Shown: positions 9,303 to 21,107, counted from the first letter of the stretch. The stretch: DNA of 64,000 nt from Bacteroidota bacterium (GCA_040756415.1 JBFLYZ010000003.1:46943-110942), one strand, 5' to 3'. The notes: generated by a model from the letters alone, not told the origin. Translations and numbers: made by a program.

Positions 9303-9390
9303 AGGCGGGATGTTAAAGCAAAAATACAAGAAATCGCGGATATCGTCCACCTTCTTCCGGGGATACGGGCAAAAAGGGTATTTTTGGGAT

Positions 9391-10299
9391 ATGCTGCGCC
9401 TTGTTGCCATTTGCCTTCTGTTCGGTACCCTGTATTCCTGCAGCTATTCGGAGGCCGGCCAGGAGCGTGAAGATCGTTTGTTAATTGAACCTGCCGCTGT
9501 GCAGCCCGAGAGCCTGCTCAGCAGCGGGAACACCTATCTTTTCCGCGAAAACCATGAGGCGCAGAACGCCCTGGTCAACCGCATTGCGGCACCGGAGACC
9601 TACCAGCGCGTGGAATTGGAGGCGAAATCGTTCGGTGAGTGGCTGCGTTTTATCCCGCTTAAGCCGGGCAAGCCCGAAGTGATGCTGTATAACGGCCAGG
9701 CGAAGTCCTACCAGGGCGCGCACTATGCCGTGATCGATATAGACGCGGGCACGGCCGATCTGCAGCAGTGCGCTGACGCGGTGATGCGCCTGCGCGGGGA
9801 ATATCTTTACTCTTCCGGATTACATTCACAGATACATTTCAACTACACCAGTGGCGATGAGGTGAGTTTTGCAAAATGGGCATCGGGAATGCGGCCGGTG
9901 GTGACGGGAAACAAGGTAAGCTGGAAAAAGGCTGCTGCAGCGGATTCATCTTACCCAAGCTTCAGGAAGTACATGAACAATATATTCATGTATGCCGGCA
10001 CGCTCTCCCTTTGCAAGGAATTGAAAAAGGCGGGCAGCCCCAGCGACATCATGCCGGGTGACGTGTTCATCGTTGGCGGCTCGCCCGGTCACGCGGTCAT
10101 GGTCATGGATGTAGCGCAGAACGGCAAAGGCGAAAAAGTATTCCTGCTGGCCCAAAGCTACATGCCCGCGCAGGACATGCATATCCTGGTCAACCCCAAC
10201 AACGCTTCGCTGAGCCCATGGTATGCGGTGAGCGAGATAAGCGAACACCTGGTAACCCCGGAGTGGACCTTCGGAAGCAAACAGCTCATGCGATTCTGA
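9391..10299 (+). CDS. DUF4846 domain-containing lipoprotein
   Basis: Lipoprotein signal MLRLVAICLLFGTLYSCSY. The DUF4846 assignment is from recalled family similarity. The ORF-track start at 8980 overlaps the divergent peptidase gene and is rejected. Confidence 0.6.
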   Translation: MLRLVAICLLFGTLYSCSYSEAGQEREDRLLIEPAAVQPESLLSSGNTYLFRENHEAQNALVNRIAAPETYQRVELEAKSFGEWLRFIPLKPGKPEVMLYNGQAKSYQGAHYAVIDIDAGTADLQQCADAVMRLRGEYLYSSGLHSQIHFNYTSGDEVSFAKWASGMRPVVTGNKVSWKKAAAADSSYPSFRKYMNNIFMYAGTLSLCKELKKAGSPSDIMPGDVFIVGGSPGHAVMVMDVAQNGKGEKVFLLAQSYMPAQDMHILVNPNNASLSPWYAVSEISEHLVTPEWTFGSKQLMRF

Positions 10300-10319
10300 G
10301 CCGGAACAGGATGGTGGTG

Positions 10320-10350
10320 TAAAAAAAACGCCCGGGGTGACCGGGTGCAC
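10320..10350 (-). terminator. Terminator downstream of the minus-strand membrane protein gene
   Basis: Minus strand reads gcaCCCGGtcacCCCGGgcg followed by TTTTTTTT. Confidence 0.5.
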
Positions 10351-10367
10351 AGGAATAAAGAAGCTCT

Positions 10368-10886
10368 TTACAGCTTGGCCAGCCTGGGAAACTTAAGGGA
10401 GGCCAGGTAAAATCCGCCAAACAGAACGGCATTGAACACCAGGTCGCCCAGCAGGGGAGTGCGGAAGAAAGGTATGCCCAGCTCGTACGTGGCGATGAGC
10501 CCGGCCCATCCGCCCTGGTACCCGCCAGCGGCCCATACCCCGAAATTGCTGATCAGGAAGAATAATGTGGAAGAGGCCAGGGAGGCGATCAGCACCGTAT
10601 GCACCTTAACATTATTGCGGATCAGCAGCCCGATGAAGGCGATCAGCACGAAGCTGACGTAAACATAAATCAATGTATTGTGAAAGCCCAGCACCAGGTC
10701 GCTCAGGAACATGGCCAGCAGGGGAATGATAAAGGCCAGGCGCTTGTCGGAAAGGGTGGCTCCGCCAAAAAGGGCGATCGCGAATACCGGGGTCACATTA
10801 TCGATATGCGGAAAAAGCCGGCTCAGGGCCGCGATCAGGATAGCGGTAGTAACGAAGATAAAGCGGGGGGTAACTATGTTTTTCAT
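10368..10886 (-). CDS. Integral membrane protein (DUF6580-like, 5-6 TM)
   Basis: 172 aa and highly hydrophobic. The Bacteroidetes promoter motif TAACTTTG lies ~26 nt upstream at 10912-10919 on the minus strand. Confidence 0.65.
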   Translation of the reverse strand: MKNIVTPRFIFVTTAILIAALSRLFPHIDNVTPVFAIALFGGATLSDKRLAFIIPLLAMFLSDLVLGFHNTLIYVYVSFVLIAFIGLLIRNNVKVHTVLIASLASSTLFFLISNFGVWAAGGYQGGWAGLIATYELGIPFFRTPLLGDLVFNAVLFGGFYLASLKFPRLAKL

Positions 10887-10911
10887 AATAAATGTTAATT
10901 TTTAGCGGTTA

Positions 10912-10919
10912 CAAAGTTA
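10912..10919 (-). promoter_or_regulatory. Candidate -7 box TAACTTTG
   Basis: This matches the Bacteroidetes sigma-A TAnnTTTG consensus and sits at the right distance from the start codon at 10886. Confidence 0.35.
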
Positions 10920-11025
10920 ATTATTAATTTTATTATACGAATTGCTGATCGGGCCCGAATGACCGCTATCCGGTCTGTTCGCAAAGATCCGCATTATTTA
11001 GAAATTCATCGTAATCCGCAACCCT

Positions 11026-11235
11026 ATGAACAGCGCCATAAAGAAATTCACCGCCATTCTCCTGATCCTGCTCGTTCTTTTCTTTACCGTGATCTCAATC
11101 CTCGGCATCTGGGGCATCATCCGGGTCGATCATGTGTTCACCAAATCGATCACGACCCTGCTCGTCATCTTCGTATCATCGGCCATTATCCTTTTCATCG
11201 TATCGGTGATCATGAAGAGCGATGATAAGCCCTGA
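11026..11235 (+). CDS. Hypothetical small membrane protein (2 TM)
   Basis: 69 aa with two hydrophobic helices. It is the only coherent ORF in this intergenic region. Confidence 0.35.
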   Translation: MNSAIKKFTAILLILLVLFFTVISILGIWGIIRVDHVFTKSITTLLVIFVSSAIILFIVSVIMKSDDKP

Positions 11236-11320
11236 GCGTTATCCGCCCCAGCGCCCCATTTCCTCCGATTCCAACCGGCAGCAGTTACAGTGAACAGGTC
11301 CTCTTAACAGGAAGTTCTTT

Positions 11321-12751
11321 TTACTTCCCCGGAAGATTTTTGGAATGGCGCTCGATGATATCGGGAAGATTATCGGGGTCGATGCGCTTGGCGATGATCT
11401 TCTTGTTCTCGTCAAGCAGGTAGATGACCGGGGTGCTGTACACATCGTACAGTTGCTTGAGCAGGTAGTAGTGCTCGCTCTTTTCGGTTACGTTGCAGGT
11501 ATTGATCCAGTCGAGCTTGTTTTCGCGTATGTATTTCTTCCACTCCTTGTGGTTTCCTTCTATATTCACCGCGTACACCTTTACATTCTTCGACCTGTAC
11601 TTATCGTAAAATGCCTTTAGTTTGGGCACCACCTTTTTGCAGTGCCCGCAATCCGGGTCCCAGAAGATGAGCACCGTGTACTTTGAAGCGACCCCGTAAA
11701 GCGGCACCATATTTCCCAGCGTATCGGGCAAGGTGAGCTTGGGAGCCGGCTTGCCGATGAGCAGGGGTTTCAGTATAACCGCCTTGCTGGTGATTTTCGC
11801 AAGCGTGGCGCTGTCGGTCCAGTAGGCCTGGCCGGTCATGTAGTACTTCTCGGCCATATGCACGAACACCGCATCCATACCCATGATGGACGATGTTTCG
11901 TAATTGTAGGTGCAGTAATAGACCAGGTACTTGAACATCTCCTTGTTGCCCTGGGTCCTGGCGATGAGCATATCGGCCTCCTTGATAATGGAATCGGGCA
12001 CCTGCATGGTCAGCTTATCGAGGTAATACTTGATCTTGTTGTAGACAATGGGCGTGCGCAGCAGGCGATCATCGCTCAGGTCTACGTTATCGAAATAATG
12101 GGCCTTGTAATAGCGGAACGGGAAGGCCGAATCGGGTTTTCCGTTCGGGAGCTTGGGCAGGTCCTTGGGCACCACGGGGTCCTGCGAGGCTTTGAAGACC
12201 TTGGCCAGGAAGGTTTCCGGGTGATCTTTGATGTAGCTGAGCTTGTAATTCTTTACATCCTCATCGACCTTCGCCAGTTGTTTCTGGTAATAGGCAACCG
12301 AATCTTTGTTCTTTGCCGCCTCCATTTTTTTCTTGAGCGGCTCCACTTCCTTTGCCTTTTCGTTGATAAAGGCCATGTAGCTGTAGAAAAGCGTGTTGTC
12401 GTCCGAATTCTTGACCTTCATCTTGCCCGGAAGATCGGCCGTATCGGTCTCCATGGAAAAATGCTGCTGCTTATCGATAATGACCTCGAAATATTTTTTA
12501 CTGGGAAGCACAACGAGGTAAATGCCTCCGGGAAGCGCGTCCTTGCCCGAAAAGACCATATTGCCGCTTCCATCTACCCTGGCCGTATCCCGTACGTATT
12601 GCTTATCGGCATAATAATGCCCGAAAAAGCAAACCGTATCTTTCAGGCCTTTGATCCTGATCTTGATGTTGTACCCCTCATCCCCGGTAAGGGCAAGCAG
12701 CAGCGGAAGGCAAAGCAACAGCGGAAGGGTCTTTTTCATAGGGGTTTGCAC
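11321..12751 (-). CDS. TlpA/ResA-family thiol-disulfide oxidoreductase with N-terminal DUF (AhpC/TSA-like thioredoxin fold)
   Basis: 476 aa with a signal peptide. The C-terminal thioredoxin domain carries the motif WDPDCGHCKK. The true start may be the Met at 12739. Confidence 0.8.
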   Translation of the reverse strand: MQTPMKKTLPLLLCLPLLLALTGDEGYNIKIRIKGLKDTVCFFGHYYADKQYVRDTARVDGSGNMVFSGKDALPGGIYLVVLPSKKYFEVIIDKQQHFSMETDTADLPGKMKVKNSDDNTLFYSYMAFINEKAKEVEPLKKKMEAAKNKDSVAYYQKQLAKVDEDVKNYKLSYIKDHPETFLAKVFKASQDPVVPKDLPKLPNGKPDSAFPFRYYKAHYFDNVDLSDDRLLRTPIVYNKIKYYLDKLTMQVPDSIIKEADMLIARTQGNKEMFKYLVYYCTYNYETSSIMGMDAVFVHMAEKYYMTGQAYWTDSATLAKITSKAVILKPLLIGKPAPKLTLPDTLGNMVPLYGVASKYTVLIFWDPDCGHCKKVVPKLKAFYDKYRSKNVKVYAVNIEGNHKEWKKYIRENKLDWINTCNVTEKSEHYYLLKQLYDVYSTPVIYLLDENKKIIAKRIDPDNLPDIIERHSKNLPGK

Positions 12752-12884
12752 GCAAAATTAGCATTAAAATCAACAAAAATCAGGCCAGCCCAGCTTTATC
12801 CATTTCTATTTTTTGAGCTATAGCCTGGATGATGTACCGGCTTCTTAATACATTTGCAGCACTATACTTAAACTTAACTGCGAC

Positions 12885-13478
12885 ATGAAACTTTACCGCG
12901 CCTTCAGACTGCTTGCTTTATTCGCTTCGATCTCTTTACTTTTCACTTCCTGCGGAACGCTGATGCAGGACGGTTTTTCCAGGCAGAAGTACACAGGTTT
13001 CAAGCGGGGTACCGGTGACGGGATCGTTTCACATCCTGTAAAAAAAGATGGAGTGAGTGAGAGCCGCCCGGAACAAGGCCCGGTACAGGAAAGCATGAGC
13101 GCCCATACCGCCCGCCCTGAAAATACAGACCAGCGGGCCGGCCTTACCGAATCGCTTACCACATCTCCCGGCCGGCCGGATGCCGTTGACAAGCCGGAGA
13201 AGAAAACGCCCGCGCTCGTCAAAAAGATCAAACGCAAACTGGACCGTCATGTACCCGGAAAAGGCCAGCCGAATGGCGAAGCTGACCTCAATACCATTCT
13301 GCTGGTGCTCCTGTGCATTTTCCTTCCGCCCATAGCCATCCTTCTTACGCAGGGCGTTGGCACACCGTTCTGGCTCGATCTCATCATCTGGCTGCTCGGG
13401 TTTGGCGCCTTCGGGTTCCCTTACCTCGGCATTTTGGTACTCGTTGCCATTATTTACGCTTTTATCGTTTGTTTTTAA
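12885..13478 (+). CDS. Lipoprotein-Pmp3/YqaE (UPF0057) proteolipid fusion protein, paralog 1
   Basis: Lipoprotein signal ...LLFTSC, then the mature N-terminus GTLMQDGFSRQKYTGFKRG and a low-complexity P/E/K-rich linker. The C-terminal 55 aa form a two-TM Pmp3 domain (LCIFLPPIAILL...FWLDLIIWLLG...). Confidence 0.8.
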   Translation: MKLYRAFRLLALFASISLLFTSCGTLMQDGFSRQKYTGFKRGTGDGIVSHPVKKDGVSESRPEQGPVQESMSAHTARPENTDQRAGLTESLTTSPGRPDAVDKPEKKTPALVKKIKRKLDRHVPGKGQPNGEADLNTILLVLLCIFLPPIAILLTQGVGTPFWLDLIIWLLGFGAFGFPYLGILVLVAIIYAFIVCF

Positions 13479-13503
13479 ACCAACTCTCAAAACACGGACA
13501 CTT

Positions 13504-14103
13504 ATGAAACTTACCGCTACCCGCCCGATTTTCACTGCAGCGCTGGCCGCACTGTTCCTGCTCTCTTCATGCGGAACACTGATGCAGGATGGATTCTCTA
13601 AGCAAAAATACACCGGTTTCAAGCGCGGTGATGGTGAAACGCTGATGAAAACAGCGGGAAAGAACGGGCAGGAAAGCAGGAAGCCCATCGGGGTAACAAA
13701 GGAACAACCGGACCAGCCGGTACAAACACCGCTTTCCACCCGCCAGGCGGAGGAAGAAACCCTGCCCGGAAAAGAGTCGCTTCCGTCTTCACTGGTTCCG
13801 GAAAAAAGCGAACAGGCCCCGCTGATGAAGACGGTTAAAGAAAAGATAAAACATAAATCGGGCAAAAAAGGATTAATGCCCAGGGGCGATGAAGACGACA
13901 GGGGGTTCTTTGCGGTGCTGATCCTGATCCTGCTCTGCATATTCATTCCTCCCCTTGCCGTATTGATCGTTGACGGCCTGAAGGCGCCTTTCTGGATCGA
14001 TCTTATCCTCTGGCTGATCGCAATAGGGGCCTATTTTTACAATCCCGTTACGGCCCTCATCGGACTGATCGCTATCATTTACGCCTTTGTGCGGGTATTC
14101 TGA
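13504..14103 (+). CDS. Lipoprotein-Pmp3/YqaE proteolipid fusion protein, paralog 2
   Basis: The start was reset to the ATG at 13504 (MKLTATRPIF...LLSSC). It has the same architecture as the upstream gene: the N-terminus CGTLMQDGFSKQKYTGFKRG and a C-terminal Pmp3 domain. Confidence 0.8.
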   Translation: MKLTATRPIFTAALAALFLLSSCGTLMQDGFSKQKYTGFKRGDGETLMKTAGKNGQESRKPIGVTKEQPDQPVQTPLSTRQAEEETLPGKESLPSSLVPEKSEQAPLMKTVKEKIKHKSGKKGLMPRGDEDDRGFFAVLILILLCIFIPPLAVLIVDGLKAPFWIDLILWLIAIGAYFYNPVTALIGLIAIIYAFVRVF

Positions 14104-14125
14104 ACTGCATTCGTCAGGAACAAGC

Positions 14126-14158
14126 GAAACCCCGGGGATCTTCCCGGGGTTTGGTTTT
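14126..14158. terminator. Bidirectional terminator between convergent genes
   Basis: AAACCCCGGGGAtcttCCCGGGGTTTggtttt. Confidence 0.65.
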
Positions 14159-15044
14159 AATAGGTTTTCTGCAGCTCTGTGATCCGCTTATGGGTTTTTT
14201 TGTTGACCTTGACCAGGGGAAGCCTGACCGTTGAAGAAGACAGTTTCAGCAATTCGAGGAAAGCTTTAACCCCGGCCGGGTTGCCATCGGCAAACATCTG
14301 CTCGATGATATCGGTCAGCTTATAATGCAGTTTCTGCGCTGCGGCCATATTGCCGTCCAGGGCCTGGCGCGTCATCTCTGAAAAATCCCTCGGGTAAGCG
14401 TTGGCCACCACGGAAATAACCCCATCGCCACCGCAGGCCAGGATAGGAAGCGTGAGCAGGTCATCCCCGGATATCACCAGGAAATCCTTCGGCTTGTACT
14501 TGATGATCTTCATGATCTGCTCCATATTGCCCGATGCCTCTTTGATGGCGATAATGTTCCTGAAATCGCGGGCCAGCTTCAGCGTGGTTTCGGCCGTGAT
14601 GTTGGAAGCCGTCCGCCCGGGAACATTATACAGGATGACCGGTAGCGGGCAGACCTCGGCAATGGCTTTGTAATGCTGGTAAATACCGCGCTGGTTGGGC
14701 TTGTTATAATAGGGCGATACCGAGAGGATGGCGCTGATGCCATCGAGCGACCAGGTTCTTATGCAGTGGATGATCTCCTTTGTATTGTTCCCTCCTATTC
14801 CCAGCACCACCGGCACGCGCCCGTCAACCGTCTGCACCACGTAATCGATCACGGCCGTTTTCTCGTCTTTGCCCAGGGTTACCGACTCGCCCGTGGTGCC
14901 CAGCACCACGATGTATTCGCAGTTCCCTTTTATGATGTGCTCGATGATCCTGCCCAGCGAGCGGAAATCAATACTGCCGTCCTTATGAAAGGGAGTGACG
15001 ATCGCCACGCCCGTACCTTTTAACCTGTTGCGACTGAAAGCCAT
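14157..15044 (-). CDS. dapA: 4-hydroxy-tetrahydrodipicolinate synthase
   Basis: 295 aa DHDPS family; motifs GVAIVTPF, VLGTTGE and the active-site Lys region (IKEASGN). Confidence 0.93.
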   Translation of the reverse strand: MAFSRNRLKGTGVAIVTPFHKDGSIDFRSLGRIIEHIIKGNCEYIVVLGTTGESVTLGKDEKTAVIDYVVQTVDGRVPVVLGIGGNNTKEIIHCIRTWSLDGISAILSVSPYYNKPNQRGIYQHYKAIAEVCPLPVILYNVPGRTASNITAETTLKLARDFRNIIAIKEASGNMEQIMKIIKYKPKDFLVISGDDLLTLPILACGGDGVISVVANAYPRDFSEMTRQALDGNMAAAQKLHYKLTDIIEQMFADGNPAGVKAFLELLKLSSSTVRLPLVKVNKKTHKRITELQKTY

Positions 15045-15092
15045 GTTCTGTTTATTGAAGGCTACGAAAGTAAACTTTTTTGAATAAACCGT

Positions 15093-15650
15093 CTAAGGGC
15101 CGGGCTTTTCCTTTTTATTCAGCATGGTCAGGTAGGTGTCGATATTGCGGAGCAGGAACTTCAGCCCCTTTTCGCCCCCCGATTCAATGGTCATATCCAA
15201 AAAAGCGTCAGCGCCCGGAGCGCGTTTCCCCACCTTGAAGCGGGCGCGCGAACAGGCGGCAATATAATACAGGGGAAAACGGTCGTAAATGTTCAGGTCA
15301 ATGAGGATATCGTATTCCTCGTTGATGAAGTTGGAGATAGCCACCCCGGTGGGTTTGCCGTTCCAGATCACATCCTTGCGCGAAAAATAATCGAATTCCA
15401 GCTTGGCATAGGTGGTCTGGGGTATCTCCTTCGTGCTGAAGAAGCCTATGGCCTTGGGTTTTTTCTTCAGCTCTTTGAGGTAGTTCACGTATTTCCTGAC
15501 CAGCTCGTAATCCTCGGTCTCAGAGGCGTCAAAAAGTATCCCTATCGTTAAGGCCTCTTCCATGCCGCTTGCCTTGCGCTGGCGCTGCACCGCGCTCATC
15601 TCGCCTTTGAGTAGTTGCCGGCCTATGGATTCCTTTATATTCTTCAGCAT
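15093..15650 (-). CDS. Conserved hypothetical protein (DUF6913-like) between ligA and dapA
   Basis: 185 aa with no signal peptide. The ligA/this gene/dapA arrangement is conserved in Bacteroidetes; the family assignment is from memory. Confidence 0.6.
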   Translation of the reverse strand: MLKNIKESIGRQLLKGEMSAVQRQRKASGMEEALTIGILFDASETEDYELVRKYVNYLKELKKKPKAIGFFSTKEIPQTTYAKLEFDYFSRKDVIWNGKPTGVAISNFINEEYDILIDLNIYDRFPLYYIAACSRARFKVGKRAPGADAFLDMTIESGGEKGLKFLLRNIDTYLTMLNKKEKPGP

Positions 15651-15708
15651 AGCTTATCTGTTTTGTGAGCCCGCCTGCCCGTGAGATGCCGGTCATAAAA
15701 GCATATCT

Positions 15709-17778
<2,070 letters not shown>

Positions 17779-17817
17779 CTATACATCCGGTCGCAGATCA
17801 TTGCCTATCTTTGAGCC

Positions 17818-18264
17818 ATGGGATACGAAGAAGAACTGGCTGTGGGGCTTTTTATACTTGGATCGGTTCTACTCGCCATCTTTATCATACCCGGTATCTT
17901 TTACTGCCTGACCCTTCAGCGCACCCTCGAGGCCGTTGCGCCCGAGAACAGGAAGATGCAGCCGGGGCAGGTATGGCTGCTTTTCATCCCCCTCTTCCAC
18001 CTCGTGTGGCACTTCTTCGTGGTTTCGTATGTTGCCGATTCCCTGCGGGCCGAATTTGCCAGCCGCGGCATCACTCCCGATGAATCGAGGCCCGGCTTCG
18101 GGATAGGGCTGGCCGCATCTATCCTGTGGGTGCTGGGCATCGGCTTTGTTGCGCTCATTCTCTGGATCATCTATTGGGTAAAAATAGCCGAGTACAAGAA
18201 CAAGCTGAACGCTTCAGGGATCGGCCAGCGAAGCGGAGGCGCGCTCGACAGCGGGACATTCTAA
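17818..18264 (+). CDS. Hypothetical membrane protein (4 TM)
   Basis: 148 aa with hydrophobic helices. Transcribed divergently from ligA. Confidence 0.55.
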   Translation: MGYEEELAVGLFILGSVLLAIFIIPGIFYCLTLQRTLEAVAPENRKMQPGQVWLLFIPLFHLVWHFFVVSYVADSLRAEFASRGITPDESRPGFGIGLAASILWVLGIGFVALILWIIYWVKIAEYKNKLNASGIGQRSGGALDSGTF

Positions 18265-19133
18265 GCCGATGCTGCTGCCCGCACCATTCTATCCTTTCCG
18301 CTCAGGTCTTTGATCACCTCTGCCTGAACAAAACCTTTTTCTTCCAGCAGTTTTTTCACTTCAGCGCCCAGGCCTTCATTGATCTCGAAGTACAGCCTGC
18401 CCCCCGGATTCAATAGTTCCACCGCCCTGGCTGCAATGGCCTTGAAATACCTCAGCGCGTCATCATCCGGAACAAAGAGGGCGATATGAGGCTCATGCTC
18501 CCTCACATTCGGGCTCATGCTTTCTTTCTCGGAAAGCCGCACGTAGGGGGGGTTGGAAACGATGATGTCGTATGTTCCCGCTAGCGGCTCTCCGCCCAGG
18601 ATATCGTGCTCCATGAATGTGACGCGGGTACGATTTATGGCAGCGTTCGCGCGCGCCAGCTCCAGTGCGCCTGGCGAGATATCCGATGCGGCCACCTCTG
18701 CTCCCGCAAAAACCCTCTTCAGCGCTATCGCTATGCACCCGCTGCCTGTTCCGATGTCAAGCACAGCTCGAGGCGCCTTTCCCGAAACCTCCGCGTCCTT
18801 CACGATAAGCCCGACCAGCTCTTCCGTCTCGGGCCGGGGTATCAGCACCAGTTCATTCACGTTTATCCTGCATCCGTAAAACGAGGTATGGCCGATGATA
18901 TACTGCATGGGCCTTTGCCTTTTCAGGTCTTTCACGCAGAAACTGAACTTCAGCAGCTCGCTTTCGCTCACCCTTGCCTCGGGCCGCAGCATCATCTCTG
19001 CCCTGCTCAGCCCCAGGTATTCGCTCATGGCGATGGAAATAAAGCTTTCGACCTCGCCCTCACCGTAAAGCCCTTTCAGCTCGCTCCTGAAAAAATCCGC
19101 TATGTCCTTTATCCTGTTGGAAGGTATGCGCAC
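18261..19133 (-). CDS. prmC: Release factor glutamine N5-methyltransferase (HemK/PrmC)
   Basis: SAM-binding motif DIGTGSGCIAIAL and catalytic NPPY motif; 290 aa. Confidence 0.9.
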   Translation of the reverse strand: MRIPSNRIKDIADFFRSELKGLYGEGEVESFISIAMSEYLGLSRAEMMLRPEARVSESELLKFSFCVKDLKRQRPMQYIIGHTSFYGCRINVNELVLIPRPETEELVGLIVKDAEVSGKAPRAVLDIGTGSGCIAIALKRVFAGAEVAASDISPGALELARANAAINRTRVTFMEHDILGGEPLAGTYDIIVSNPPYVRLSEKESMSPNVREHEPHIALFVPDDDALRYFKAIAARAVELLNPGGRLYFEINEGLGAEVKKLLEEKGFVQAEVIKDLSGKDRMVRAAASA

Positions 19134-19205
19134 CCCGCGAAATTAGGATTTATTCCCCCTCACCCTTACGGGCGCCCTAACACGAATAAACGTATTTTTG
19201 CCGCG

Positions 19206-20231
19206 ATGTCGCACTCCTCATTCATGAAACGCTGCCTGGAGCTGGCGGAGAAAGCGATCGGCCGCGTGGCTCCTAACCCCATGGTGGGCTGCGTGATCGT
19301 GCACGAAGGGAAGGTCATTGGCGAAGGATACCACGAGGAATACGGCCAGGCGCATGCGGAGGTCAACGCCATCGGGTCCGTAAAGGACAAAGGGCTTCTC
19401 GGGCGCTCTACCCTCTATGTGAATCTCGAGCCCTGCGCGCATTACGGGAAAACCCCTCCCTGCGCTGATCTGATCCTGACGCATAAAATACCGTATGTGG
19501 TCATAGGGACCATCGATCCTTTTGCCGCTGTAAAAGGAAAAGGAATAGAAAAGCTGGCGCGGGCCGGTGTGGATGTTAAAGCGGGCGTACTGGAAACCGA
19601 ATGCCGCGAGCTGAACAGGCGATTCTTTACCTTTCACGAAAAGCAAAGGCCCTATATTATTCTCAAATGGGCGCAGACCGCGGATCATTTCATTGCGCGG
19701 CTGGATAAGGGCCGCCCGGAAACGGCCAGCTACATCAGCGCGCCAGAAACCCTGCGGCTGGTGCATCAATGGAGAAGCCAGGAAGCAGGTATTATGGTGG
19801 GAACACGGACCGTGGAGGCCGATAATCCCGCCCTGACCGTGCGCCATGTGAGCGGCAGGAATCCCGTACGCATCGTTTTCGACCGGGAGCTGCGCCTGCC
19901 CGCTGGCGCGAAAATATTCGATGAGGCCGCGCCTACGCTCGTATTCAACGCGCAAAGGAGCGGCCGCAGGGGCAATGCAGAGCTGATCGCATGCTATGAG
20001 CTGCCGGCCGTTATGAAGGAGCTGCACGCCAGAAGCATACAGTCGGTGATCGTGGAGGGCGGCACACGGCTTATCAGGTCTTTCGTTGAACTTGGCCTGT
20101 GGGATGAGATGCGGGTGCTTACTTCGCCACTGAAATTCGGCACCGGGGTGCCGGCCCCGTTCCCCGCAGGAAAACCGGCCCGGCAGGAGACCATGGGGCC
20201 CGACCGCATTGCCATTTACCGTAACGTATGA
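19206..20231 (+). CDS. ribD: Bifunctional riboflavin biosynthesis deaminase/reductase RibD
   Basis: CMP/dCMP-type deaminase motifs HAEVNAI and PCAHYGKTPPC, plus a C-terminal RibD reductase domain. The ORF-track start at 18606 is an extension that overlaps prmC; the ATG at 19206 was chosen instead. Confidence 0.9.
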   Translation: MSHSSFMKRCLELAEKAIGRVAPNPMVGCVIVHEGKVIGEGYHEEYGQAHAEVNAIGSVKDKGLLGRSTLYVNLEPCAHYGKTPPCADLILTHKIPYVVIGTIDPFAAVKGKGIEKLARAGVDVKAGVLETECRELNRRFFTFHEKQRPYIILKWAQTADHFIARLDKGRPETASYISAPETLRLVHQWRSQEAGIMVGTRTVEADNPALTVRHVSGRNPVRIVFDRELRLPAGAKIFDEAAPTLVFNAQRSGRRGNAELIACYELPAVMKELHARSIQSVIVEGGTRLIRSFVELGLWDEMRVLTSPLKFGTGVPAPFPAGKPARQETMGPDRIAIYRNV

Positions 20232-21076
20232 TCTTCCTCCTTATTAGCATAGTCTGCAATACCCTGCTCTTCATTATCCTGAAGTATTTCGAACGGGTGA
20301 AGATCGATACCCTGCAGGGCATAGTGGCTAATTATTTCACCGCGGCCGCCCTGGGTTTTGCTTTCAACAGGAGCGGCACGGGCATCCAGGATGCGGCCGG
20401 CAGCGATTGGCTTCACATAGCGCTCATACTGGGATTCCTTTTTATCGGCATTTTCATGCTGCTGGCGCACACCGCGCAAACGGCCGGCATATCCGTGGCC
20501 TCGGTGGCCAATAAAATGTCGGTGGTCATCCCCGTGATCTGCGCCTTCCTGTTCTTTCATGATTCGGTGACCTGGATCAAAATTGCCGGTATCGTACTGG
20601 CCTTGGCGGCCGTTTACCTGACCTCCGGAAAATCCGGGGCGGCTGATTCACGCGCTTTTTTGCTACCCTTTGTGGTTTTCCTGGGCAGCGGAGCCATTGA
20701 CGCCCTGGTGAACTTCAGCCAGCAGAAATACCTATCAGAAGCAGAGGGCCCCTTGTTCGTAGCTGTTTGTTTCTCTATTGCCGGACTCATCGGCACCATG
20801 ATCATCCTGCTGCGCTGGAGAGCAGTACGGCTACGGAACATCCTGGGAGGGATCGTCCTGGGCATACCCAATTACTTCTCCATTTATACCATTATCCGCG
20901 CACTGGATTCGGGTGTATTTGAAAGCTCGGTGATCTATCCGCTGGTGAACGTGGGCGTGGTGCTGCTGTCGGCCTTATCCGGACTGCTCCTGTTCGGGGA
21001 AAAATTCACCCTCATGAATAAACTGGGGATACTCATCGCGGTCATGGCCATAGCGCTGATCGCGTCAGCAGGATAA
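20228..21076 (+). CDS. EamA/DMT-family transporter
   Basis: 282 aa with ~10 TM and a duplicated EamA-like topology. It overlaps the ribD stop by 4 bp (ATGA). Confidence 0.7.
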   Translation: MIFLLISIVCNTLLFIILKYFERVKIDTLQGIVANYFTAAALGFAFNRSGTGIQDAAGSDWLHIALILGFLFIGIFMLLAHTAQTAGISVASVANKMSVVIPVICAFLFFHDSVTWIKIAGIVLALAAVYLTSGKSGAADSRAFLLPFVVFLGSGAIDALVNFSQQKYLSEAEGPLFVAVCFSIAGLIGTMIILLRWRAVRLRNILGGIVLGIPNYFSIYTIIRALDSGVFESSVIYPLVNVGVVLLSALSGLLLFGEKFTLMNKLGILIAVMAIALIASAG

Positions 21077-21107
21077 TTTTTTATACTTTCACTTCAAATT
21101 CAGGTCT

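Noticed and set aside
7329-9470. Plus-strand ORFs 7329-8384 and 8586-9470 opposite the S9 peptidase, and the 5' extension 8980-9390 of the DUF4846 ORF.
   Set aside because: They are antisense to a gene with clear catalytic motifs. The DUF4846 extension overlaps the divergent gene, and a proper lipoprotein signal starts at 9391.
11858-12823. 321-aa ORF antisense to the TlpA-like gene.
   Set aside because: Shadow ORF.
13029-13946. 305-aa minus-strand ORF spanning both Pmp3-fusion genes.
   Set aside because: It is antisense to two genes with clear signal peptides and Pmp3 domains, and has a low-complexity translation.
18606-19205. N-terminal 200-aa extension of the ribD ORF that overlaps prmC.
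   Set aside because: The RibD deaminase domain begins at the Met at 19206. The extension has no homology and overlaps a convergent gene.
19218-20027. 269-aa ORF antisense to ribD.
   Set aside because: Shadow ORF.
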